The translations under genes were made by a program, and so were the position numbers. From NCBI GenBank assembly GCA_964016885.1, contig OZ024741.1, forward strand, positions 362,576,001 through 362,640,000: a DNA stretch of 64,000 nucleotides. Direction: 5' to 3'. Shown in pieces: positions 1-11,200 of this stretch (the stretch's first letter is position 1; each line of letters begins with the position of its first letter). This stretch comes from Eledone cirrhosa (Eukaryota). The notes beneath the pieces were generated by a model that did not search any database, had not been told where the DNA came from, and saw only the letters and a program-made list of their open reading frames with translations.

Positions 1-411
1 AAATAAACAATAATTATGCTGAAGCGCGTGAAACTTTAGTATATATCGTAACCTATTTTCTCTTCCAATTTAGTTTAACTGAAAGGAAAGTAGTAGAGCC
101 AGTTCTGTCGTCTATATCTATAGTCGAAGTCAGTCTAAATGTTTCTCTGTTGACCCTGAACTTCATTATAGCACTGACAGTAATCTATTAACACTGTTTG
201 TTTAGTTCAACTGAAAAAAATGTTATCAATTTATTAATAGTCATGCTTAAGTTCATATTTTAGTTTGCGATTGCAAAAAAAGTGAAATTATAAGATATGA
301 TAAGCAGAAAATAACAAAATAAAAAGGTAATGCAAAAGACAAACAAATGTATTATATAATTAAATATGTATATGATGCTACACTGATTCTTTGTTCCCAA
401 TTATTATTATA

Positions 412-633
412 GTGGTTTGACAGTATCGGTAGAGAGTCGGACACCATGCTTTGCAGCATAGAGTTATGGCCTTTTACGGTCTGAGTTCAAATCCCGCCTT
501 GGTTAACTTTGCCTTTCATCCTTACGGGGTCGATAAAATAAAGTACTAGTAACGTACTGGGGTTGATTTAATCGACTTTTTTCTCTCCCAAAATTACCGG
601 CCTTGTGCCTATACCAGAAATCATTATTATTAT

Positions 634-637
<4 letters not shown>
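412..637 (+). mobile_element. tRNA-derived SINE (family A, Meta-domain-like core)
   Basis: tRNA-like head (GTGGTTTGACAGTATCGGTAGA...GAGTTCAAATCCC B box), core CTTTGCCTTTCATCCTTACGGGGTCGATAAAATAAAGTAC, 3' GGCCTTGTGCCTA...(ATT)n tail; many homologous copies in the window. Confidence 0.85.
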
Positions 638-639
<2 letters not shown>

Positions 640-706
<67 letters not shown>

Positions 707-717
707 TATATATATAT
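640..717. repeat. (TA)n microsatellite (first of many; other (TA)n/(GA)n/(CA)n tracts near 2651, 3610, 4140, 6851, 7759, 18034, 19128, 24370, 25520, 25980, 28465, 32540, 35452)
   Basis: Direct reading. Confidence 0.98.
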
Positions 718-996
718 GAAAAGTATAGAAATTATTGTAGCAAGAAGCCAACAGTATTCCATAATATATAAGTGACTATAGCGTCAAAATGGAAAAATAG
801 TTAACGTAAGATGTGGGAAAATAATTCAAACTCAATTCAAAAAGAATCAGGATATAGATTCATCCACAGAATTTGGTGAAATCCAGGGAAAAATCAATAG
901 AGCCTTAACTCAGAATAAAATAAAGTTTAAAATACTCATCCTTCAATTTGGAAAAACTACAAATGCTCTGTATAGTCTTAAAAAAGACTATTTCAC

Positions 997-1032
<36 letters not shown>

Positions 1033-1044
<12 letters not shown>

Positions 1045-2645
1045 TTATACAATTATCAAAGTTGTGTTCAAATCATTTAATAGCTGACAATCGTTTCTTC
1101 CAAACTCGTTTGGAATCATCGGAGCATTATCAATGTTTGCACATATAATTACCCTCCTATTCAACTGAACAATAATATAGATACATATAAATTGATGTTG
1201 TGAACAACAGTTTCGTATTTACAGGGTGGAATGGATGTGACATATATTTTACGAGAATTGTACAATAATTGTACAAACATTCAAGTTCAAATTCAAATCA
1301 AAATTAAAATTAAAATCAAACGCACGGAGTGGAATACATGGAACAGTTAAAACAAGGGAATAGTCCAAATATTAAAGAGGCATTGAGGAAGCAGTTTTGA
1401 GAAAGGAAGAGCGCGACAACAAATCATATGCAGGCGTGTGGATAGTGTGACTGCGTAAGTCATATACATGAGAAGGAGACAAGCAAAGCTATTATGCATA
1501 TATAGATGAATAAATACTGCAGTTGAAGCAAATATGTTAATGTATTAGAGTCTATGGTGGATATTGAATGTTGATAGCGTTCGAATTAATGTGTGTTGAG
1601 AAACATACAGTTTTTGCAGACTTTTCCATGACATATGTTGAATTAAATTTTAGTTAATGTTTATATTGAGTGTTTTAAGTTAGTTAGAACAATGGCTTGT
1701 AAATTAGTCTTAATGAATTCATATTCATAGACTATATTTGATCAACCGTTAAATTTTCAATCGTTAATTTCCGGAAGTGAATGAGGGGAGGTAACTAGCT
1801 AATTAAGTTCAATTCAGTTATTAAAATTCTTTGTTCTAATACACAATATAATGTGATACCATTGGATCTCTGTTACATAACCCTGTATATTTATGCCTGA
1901 TTTTAAATACAGTGTATTCTACTAAAGGTTTCTTTAGATTGTTATCTATTCATTACTGGACAAGGTGTATGTTATGAAGAATTATACAGTTGTTAATATG
2001 TCATAATAGATATGCTATGTGTAATAATATAATCCCTAATATAGAATGCTATTACATTTTATATTTAATTATAAGTGTATATATACTTTATTATTATTAT
2101 GTTGTGTAATTTAAGCATTTAATTATACAATTACAAATGCACACATAGTTTATCACCACACATTACATTAAATGTCTCTACATACCAAGTGCCAAATATC
2201 GATTACTGTATAAGATATAATTAATCTATTGTAGCTATATCACAAGGTGGTAACTCTATGTCAAATTCTAACTGTTATTGCAGAGCATAAGGTTATAGAT
2301 GAATAGGAGTTGTGTAGCGGAAAGAGTTGGTCGAGGGGTTTGTGGTTGTGGGTGCTGCTAAGTCCTAGATGTGTAGTGTGGTGGGGAATTCAAATCTGAC
2401 ATTGTTGTATACTAACAGCTAGGTTTAAAGTTATGGAACGAGTGTCGGTACCGGTGTTGGCATGAAGAAAATGTCTCTGACTTTCTATTAAGGATAATTG
2501 TATAATTTATTTATTTAACTGCTCTGTAAAACAACTGATGTTCATACATTGAGCTATTTCTCTTACTGGTAATAAGGTAATTAAGAAATTACTGACCTTC
2601 CTGTTTATAGTTGTTTATACTATATACATAACTATAAATATTATT
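1033..2645 (-). mobile_element. Highly decayed Penelope-like element with inverted terminal segment
   Basis: 25-bp inverted repeat 1033-1057/2493-2517; HHR on minus at 1079-1128; minus-strand remnants resembling a PLE linker (VRDI-LHAN, FKPSC near 2420-2480); (TA)n on both flanks. Confidence 0.55.
1079..1128 (-). ncRNA. Minimal type I hammerhead ribozyme, core mutated (CCGAUGA)
   Basis: Minus: AATGCT CCGATGA TTCCAAA cgag TTTGGAA GAAA cgattg TC AGCTATT; 7-bp stem II, near-palindromic stem III loop, U4C change. Confidence 0.7.
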
Positions 2646-2647
2646 AT

Positions 2648-2731
<84 letters not shown>

Positions 2732-2849
2732 AAGGTATATATTGAGTTAGAAACTCAAAATAGTCTCTTACAATAAAATAGCTCCAGGAAAGAGATTTTT
2801 CCGAGCCGTATATTATAACTGAATATAAAAGAAAAACACAGACATATAC

Positions 2850-3529
2850 ATATATGTGTTCAAATCGTATATCTTTAAATTTTCAATGCTCTAGGGACCG
2901 CATTAGACGATTTAGCGATCTCTCTCTATCATTCTTAGTCTTTCTCTTTTTAGATAGATACATAAATATAATGTCGCGCCCTTATAATATCTATCTGTCT
3001 GTATGTCTGGCTGTCTGCATTACGTCACTTCCCACAATTCCCTCTGCGTCCAGAACGCGCCCTTATAATATCTGTCTGTATGTCTGGCTGTCTGCATTAC
3101 GTCACTTCCCTGAGGATGTCTGTCTGTGAGTTTGAATCCCTAAAACTCGAGAAGAACCCAACTGACTTTTTTCAAACTTTACATGTGTATTACTTATGTT
3201 TCAGGGAGTCTTAGACACATAAAAATATTCAACTTTTTGATCCCCTTGGGCCCACATTAGATGAAAAATTGCGTTTTTTCATGTTTTTAGGGTTTTTATG
3301 AGGCGTTACGTCAGACTGATTTCCTTGAAATTGTAACTATGTATTAGTCAGTCTCTTCATACCGTGAGCAAAGAAAAAAATTAAAAATCTTAAAGATTAT
3401 CCAGCCATCAGAGTATTCGGTTTATTTTCTTTACATATGTCCAGGCATGCAGTTTTTCCACGATTAGGTCTGTTGGCGGCCCGCGTTCCAAAATACCTTA
3501 TCCCGTGCAACGCCGGATACCACTGCTAG
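2850..3529 (+). mobile_element. Non-autonomous Helitron (family H1, Lep1-like architecture)
   Basis: 3' hairpin CCCGTGCAACGCCGG then CTAG|T at 3526-3529; (TCTG)n-rich 5' part and CAACTGACTTTTTTCAAACTTTACA core; homologous to 19185-21267; 5' end approximate. Confidence 0.7.
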
Positions 3530-3607
3530 TATATATATATATATATAAGCAAAGGGATATTTAATTTGTTGGTAATTCAACAAATATATATATAACTGAT
3601 TCGAAGT

Positions 3608-3664
<57 letters not shown>

Positions 3665-3674
3665 CATTTATACA

Positions 3675-4135
3675 TATTCTTTGAAAAACAACAGAAGGCC
3701 GAACTGGAAATCTTCTTTAAAGTTTTAATGCCGCAAAAACACTATACGTATTTCAATGGCCCCTTTACACCATCCGGTAGATTTATCTATCCTCTGTTTG
3801 TGTTTGCCGTAATCCTGTTATCAATTAGCTAATCTTTCAATCCGCAACTGATGAAATGGCTTAAATCTTGCATCATGATTGGATGATGTAATTCGACCAT
3901 TGAAATAAGTATAGTGTTTTTGAAACATTAAAACTTTAAAGAAGATATCCAGTCCGGCCTTCTGTCGTTTGTAAATGAATATTTAACTCCATCACGGCAC
4001 CAGCTACAGGAGTCAACATCTACGATGGATGATTTGCATAACGTTGGGTGCTTTAGTTTATTACATCATGATTTACTAACCGAAATGACTAGTTCTACCC
4101 ATTGGTAAACCACACAATATAAATGGTATGTATGC
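3675..4135 (+). mobile_element. ORF-less PLE-like fold-back element with HHR (family P2)
   Basis: ~85-bp inverted repeat 3675-3760/3897-3982; HHR core CTGATGA 3848, stem II AATGG/CCATT, GAAA 3902, TA 3912; tail homologous to 7850-8115(-); (TA)n on both sides. Confidence 0.7.
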
Positions 4136-4136
4136 G

Positions 4137-4292
<156 letters not shown>

Positions 4293-4501
4293 TTAAGTAT
4301 CGAGAGAGAGAAAAAATTGGAAAGATGGGCGTTACATATATTTAGTTGACAATAGTTTATGCATATGTGCTCAATACTCGTGCCTACAGGGTTAAATATT
4401 AGAGGCGTCAATATTTAATGGGCGAGAAAAAATAAGCAGAGCGATTATAAAGCAAATGAATACAAGGAGTTTAAAACCGTAAGAACATGTTTATATAACA
4501 G

Positions 4502-4544
4502 TGCGCCTATGTACGTTTCGCCCGGAATGGGCTTATCAAGGGCA
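4502..4544 (-). ncRNA. Type I HHR, U3-A8 core variant (UUGAUAA)
   Basis: Minus: TGCCC TTGATAA GCCC attcc GGGC GAAA cgtaca TA GGCGCA. Confidence 0.7.
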
Positions 4545-6755
4545 TGGAAACAAAACAATGATCAATATAGGACCCAGGAGGGATTTCACGGTTAAATTAA
4601 CATCATAGTTCATTCTTCTCCTCTGTGTATGTGTTGTTATTATCGCAGAGCAGGGGGATTAACTCTGGCTGGTGTTCAAACAATCCATTCCCATTTAGAT
4701 TTTTATTCCCATTTAAATTTTTATACCTGTTCAGCCCTACCGACAATATCGCAGTGTGTGGAGAAGCTTATGTTGGCGTCTTGTAATGTGGTGACGTAGC
4801 TGGCAAGCGATGTGGAGTGCCTTAGTTTTTTGTTTCTGAAAGAGTGGAGATGCGTTCTAAATCTCGTTTTAAACTGGCCAGAGGTGGCTACTACGCATCT
4901 ATCTCCCCCATACTCCTAAATAAAGCGCTTATCCTAGCTAAGTCTAATACTAGCCTCACTAAGAGATAGACATAGTGCTCGCAGTGCGTAGAACTATTAT
5001 CAAGTTCGATGGCTCATACTGGACCAGAACCAACCGTCTTGATAACTTCGATATCACGATGGGGTCCAGCGACTCGGCGCAAGTAACCGACCTGGTCGGG
5101 ATATACCTCCTCCATAGAATTAGGGACGAGATACCGGCCCTACAGGGCGGGGTATATAGGGACGATTCCCTGTTTACCGTGTGAACCCACAGCCCCTGCA
5201 GGATAGAGAACCTTAACAAGCGTATACACAGGTTCTTCAAGACATATGGCCTATCAGTGACCATGGACCTCAACCACCAAATAGTCAATTTCCTAGACGT
5301 AACCCTGGAGTTGAGCACGGGCCTATACAAACCATACCATAAGCCCGGTGAGATCCTGTCTTATATAAACTATGCATCTAACCACCCTAAGTTTACTCTC
5401 AACTCCATAGTATATAGCATATCCCATAGGATCTCGAGGCTCTCCGCCAATGAAGATATCTTCAACCAGGCGGCCAAATATTACAATAAGGCTTTACTAA
5501 ATGCCTGTTTTAACCGGAGAATCTCCTACATCCTTAACGCTAGCTCTAGAAACCAACCCCAACGTAGGACTAATGTTATAGTGAGCCATACCTATAACAG
5601 AGCACGCTACAGCCATGACAGCGTCAAGAACTATAGTATAGAGAACCACACTAAGAAACTTGGCCACACCGTTAATTACACGAGTGGCGACCAAGACAAC
5701 CGACAGTATGGTATGTGTTACCCGATTGGTAACGCCACCCGCTGCAGCCTATTGGAATTATTCCTTAACTATAGGATCAGCAACAGCGGCGGCCTATTAC
5801 CAACACCCTCCAACCCGCGTCTAGCCACACATAAAAATTATGGAGGGAAGGCGCCCCTACCTGAACATAAACTAATGGGACACATAACTGGTTACAGCAC
5901 AGGAACAACCGTAAGTACTGTCAACTAGGAAGCACAACCTGTAGCAAACCCACTGTAAAGCGGAAACACCACCGTAATATCCTGATTCCACCCTACCCCC
6001 ACCCACCCCCTACTCTCGGAGTGTGGCCTCCGACATACCGAGGATATTCTTCGAAGCCTTGGAGAGGAATTTCCCACCTAATCATAAATACAGAAAAATA
6101 CTTAACAGGAACAATATCAAAATATCCTTCTCTACCACCCCCAATCTAGCTGACACGATAGGAGCAACTAATCACAGTACGATCAACACGGATACATCTA
6201 GACCTAACAACAACACTAATAACCCTAACATCCCCCTAACAGCACCAAACAGGGTTGGTGGCAGCCCCGGCAGACGAAACCCACGTAACTAGGGCGTGAT
6301 TGGAGAATATACCGGTGACCCACATGCGTCACCCACCGGCAACAGAACGGGCTGCGGCGTGCAGAGTGATAATGGTGTAACACCGCACGCCTCGAGAGAT
6401 AACAGTACCAATAACCGAGTTAGAGACATAGATAACAACATAGGTAGCATAGTAATAGCTTTACTTCAGGAACTAGGAGTGACCGAGACGGAAAATGCAA
6501 CTGTCGTGACAGGGGAGGCTGCCCTCTCAGGGGAAACTGACTGATAAGGTTATTTATAGGTGGACCGTAACTAGCCATAGTGGAGTTAATATATAGAGGC
6601 CACCTCTGGCCAGTTTAAAACGAGATTTAGAACACATCTCCACTCTTTCAGGAACAAAAAACTAAGGCACTCCACATCGCTTGCCAACTACGTCACCACA
6701 TTACAAGACGCCAACATAAGCTTCTCCATTATACTGATCATTGTTTTGTTTTCCA

Positions 6756-6798
6756 TGCCCTTGATAAGTCCATTCCGGGCGAAACGTACGTAGGCGCA
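6756..6798 (+). ncRNA. Type I HHR, U3-A8 core variant (UUGAUAA)
   Basis: TGCCC TTGATAA GTCC attcc GGGC GAAA cgtacg TA GGCGCA; palindromic stem III loop CGTACG. Confidence 0.75.
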
Positions 6799-6847
6799 CT
6801 GTTATATAAACATGTTCTAACGGTTTTAAACTCCTTGTAATCATTTC

Positions 6848-6888
<41 letters not shown>

Positions 6889-6891
<3 letters not shown>

Positions 6892-7756
6892 ACCCAGGAC
6901 TGCAGCTCAGTCAAAGAGACGAGCTGCGGAAAGGCCCGTCTGACAAACGGCAACCACACCTGTTCACCGTTTAGGCAGAATATCTGGAGATGCTACAGCC
7001 TCAGCGCGTGTCTGCGCATCATTAGCGACGGCATGCTCAGCCTTCCACGTAGAGGGTGCTGGCAGCAGATGGACCGCCTCACCAACGGAACCTGACCCCT
7101 CCACAAGAATAGAATTTGAAGCGGAGCCGCGAACGGGGGCAAGGGACGACGGTCAGGGATAGTAGATGACGCACGCGATGTACACGTTCGCCACCTCCGA
7201 CCGACTTTTTTGTAATAGCTTCCTCGCAGCCCATTTCTGGGTGAGACTCGCTACCCTGCCCGTCACCTCGTCTTAATTCTTATCCACCTTGAGGTCTGGC
7301 CCGAACCAAACCCCGAGCAACTTTAACCGGTCCGTCCGTCCAGCGCCCAACGACGCTGTTGGACGGCATGGACTTGCCTCTCCAGGTGCCGAGTTGCAAG
7401 CCCACTGACTTTTCCGGGTTAAGTTTTGCTCCCGTCAACCTTTCATATTCCTCCAATAAGTAGCCGACTACCTCGATTTCTGAGGTGTCCGACGCCATCA
7501 CGACGATGTCGTCCGCATAAGCCAACACAGCCTTTCCGCGTCCTGGTTCGAGTAAAGGCTCGAGAGTCAATACGTACAGAAGGGAGGAAAGAGGACACCC
7601 TTGACGGACCGATCGGGAGATCTGAAATGATTCCGAGAGGTGGCCATTAATTTTGACCACTGAGCAGATGCCGCTGTGCATTGCACCGATCCAGCTTCTG
7701 AAGACGGGGCCGAAGCCAGCCGCCTTGAGGACAGCCTCCAGGTACCGATGGTCGAC

Positions 7757-7758
<2 letters not shown>
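6889..7758 (-). mobile_element. Internal RT fragment of the Tx1/L1-type LINE family
   Basis: SVRQGCPLS, LAYADD motifs; close homolog of 9673-10400; bounded by (TA)n on both sides. Confidence 0.9.
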
Positions 7759-7847
<89 letters not shown>

Positions 7848-7849
<2 letters not shown>

Positions 7850-8200
7850 TTCATTTCAGTATGGTGGTTCACCACTGTATAGAACTGGTCATTCAGTATA
7901 ATTAATCATGATATAATAGTAGGAAAAGCACTCGACGTTACGCAACTCATCCATTTTTTATGTTGAATCCTGTTGTTGGTGCCGGAATGGAGTTAATTAT
8001 TATTGAGTAAAATGACAGGAGACCAGACACGTGAAATTCCTTCAAATTTTTATTTCTGCAAACACTATGTGCAGGTTACGAGGGATCATGTTGACATCAT
8101 CAGGTGTATATTGCATAATAGTTATATAATAAAGGAATAATGGTAAGCAGATTCCAAGAATCTATAAGGAGAAAAAGCATAGAAAAAATGTTTTTGACTT
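7848..8200 (-). mobile_element. PLE-like terminal remnant (family P2) with degenerate HHR at 8057-8115
   Basis: Reverse complement aligns with 3900-4130; minus TGCAATATACAC CTGATGA...GTAA cctgcaca TA GTGTTTGCA (GAAA box mutated). Confidence 0.6.
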
Positions 8201-8229
8201 GAAGGCGATCATGCGGGCCAGTTGTCGAT

Positions 8230-11200
8230 ACTACTACTAATAATAATAATAATAAAGATTTCATTTATTGGCCACAAGAGCTGACATATAGGGGACAATA
8301 CAACAGACTGGGACAGTGGGGGTTTACATATACAACGTGTAAACAATAATAACAATAACAAAATAACAAGAAAAATTCCCCAATAGAGGGGATGACCACC
8401 TAGGGTTCACTCAGGTACCCCACCAATCCTGAACGACCTGACACTTCAAGAGCACCCGGGAAGGGCACCCCTCTCTTCCTCAAATTCACCCACCTACAGG
8501 CGCATGATCAGAGTAGGCCTACTCACACGGGCCATTCTCACCACATTCAGCCACCTTTCAGCAAATTTACTGGGGGGGGGGCATTTCTCTCTCCACCCTC
8601 ACCTTCCTTTCCAAGTGAAACTTGAAAAAGCTGATGAGGGATTGGCCGAAGAGAAAAGTGTCTGTCTTCAGTCCTTTCAACCTCGTCCACCATACAACTT
8701 TGCCTGCCCTTCCTGGCCAAAAGAAAGCGGCAGGTCGATCTTCACTATGGACTCGGCCGATAGCCAGATCCGTTCTACACGCGACAACAGCTGTTCAACA
8801 TAAATCCACAAGTCAATAATTGTTTCTACTTTAGGCACAAGGCCAGCAATTACCCAGTGCATTACTGGTACTTTATTTTATCGACCCCGTAAGGATGAAA
8901 GGCAAAGTCAACCTCGGCGGGATTTGAACTCAGATCGTAAAGGGACGTAACTATGCTGGAAAGCATGGCGTCCGACCCTCTACCGATACTGCCAATCCAC
9001 CGCCCTAGTGTAATTGTTTCTACTTTTGGCACAAGGCCAGCAATTACCCAGTACATTACTGGTACTTTATTTTATCGACCCCGTAAGGATGAAAGGCAAA
9101 GTTAACCTCGGCGGGATTTGAACACAGACCGTAAAGGGACGTAACTATGCTGGAAAGCATGGCGTCCGACTCTCTACTGATACTGCCAATCCACCGCCCT
9201 ATCCTCGGCGGGATTTGAACACAGACCGTAAAGGGACGTAACTATGCTGGAAAGCATGGCGTCCGACTCTCTACTGATACTGCCAATCCACAAGTCAATA
9301 ATGACGGACACTGGACAAGTGCGTGCAGAACGATTTCGTCGCTCTGCACTCATCTTGGGCAGGTCCGTCTGACAGCACTTCCGTGCATGTAGAGTTTATC
9401 TCGAACCGGCAGTGCCCCTCGGTAGCACTGCCAAGCGAGGTATTTTTGGAAATTATCCATCGTCCCCAGCTCGAAAGTTCTCTGGAACAGACTGGTTAGT
9501 TCAACTTCGTCGACACCCAGAGCCTCTCCGAGTGCGTCGTCGCCCTTGCCCACCACTAATCATCTATAGAACTCGAGAGTGGAAGTTCCACTGACCGTAT
9601 TGCCCACCTGGTAGAGGGAAGTGAGTGCCTGGCAGCATTCCAGATGCCAGTCACCCAGTCTTGGTCCCTTCTTGACCCAGGACTGCAGCTCAGTAAAAGA
9701 GACGAGCTGCGGAAAGGCCCGTCTGACAAACGGTGACCACACCTGTTCCCCGTTTAGGCAGAATATCTGGAGATGCCGCAGCCTCAGCGCATGTCTGCGC
9801 ATCATTAGCCACGGCATACCCAGCCCTCCACGTACAGGGTGCTGGCAGCAGATGGACTGCCTCACCAACAGAACCTGACCCCTCCACAAGAATTTGAAGA
9901 GGAGCCGCTCCAAATTGGCGAGGCGCGAACGGGGGCAAGGGACGACGGTCAGGCGGTAGTAGATGACGGACATGATGTACGCGTTCGCCACCTCCGCCCG
10001 ACCTTTCAGTAATAGCTTCTTCGCAGCCCGTTTCAGGGTGAGACTGGCTACTCTGCCCGTCACCTTGTCCCAATTCTTATCCACCTAGAGGTCTGGCCCG
10101 AACCAAACCCCGAGCCATTTTAAACCATAAGCCTTCACAGCCTTTCCGCGTCCTGGTTCGAGCGGGATGCCCTGCAACAGCTCCAGCTCCCGCAGCAAAG
10201 GCTCGAGAGTCAATACGTACAGAAGGGAGGAGAGAGGACACCCTTGACGGACCGATCGGGAGATCTGAAATGATTCCTAGAGGTGGCCATTAACTTTGAC
10301 CACTGAGCAGATGCCGCTGTGCATTGCAGCGATCCAGTTTCTGAAGACGGGGCCAAAGCCAACCGCCTTGAGGACAGCCTCCAGGTACCGATGGTCGACC
10401 CTATCGAATGCTTTCGATTTATCTAGATTGATCAGAGCCCCACCGAAGCCAGGTTTACACCCTACCCTCTCTATGATGTATCGCATGAGGTGGAGGTTGG
10501 CGTGTATGGGCCTGGTTGGGATTGCGCAAGTTTGCGCCTCCCCAACCAAATCCTCGACAACAAGCGCCAACCTCTTCGCTAACATCTTGGCCAAAATCTT
10601 AAACTCTGTGTTGAGCTGAGTTATGGGCCTGAAATTGTCTAATGTGTCCCTCTTGTTCTCGTCTTTCCTTATCAGCGTCACTACGCCCCGGCTCACAGAA
10701 CTGGGAATACTCCCCTTCTGCTGCCAGTTGCAGTAGAGCGCTTCGAGGAGATGGGAGAACAAGTCTGGCATATTTACGTAAAAAGCGTAAGGCAGACCAT
10801 CCAAACTGGGTGACTTGCGTCTCATACAGCCGACAAGGACATCCTAAATCTCGGCTGAAGTATCGGCCTTTCACAGCGCTCAGAGTCGGCCGTCGAGAGT
10901 TGCGGCAAGCCATCGAGGTAGGGACTGAAGTTCGCCACCGTCTCTGACCCGCCACTTCCCCCGAACAACCGAACAAAATGTTGGCAATAGGCCTCACACA
11001 TCTGCTTGGAATCGCTCAGCTCGTGTTCGTCTCGGTCCGTCAAAGATCGAATCTTGGTTTTATTACCACGCTGCACCTCTACCACGCGGACCTATCGAAC
11101 AGCTTTGGTTCCCTCGTTTCTCAAAGCACGCACCTTAGCTCTGACAATGCAACCTTTGTGTTTCGCATTGAAGAAATGATCTAATGCCATTCTCGCCACT

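Noticed and set aside
412-500. tRNA gene
   Set aside because: A/B-box-like head of a multi-copy SINE with no full cloverleaf
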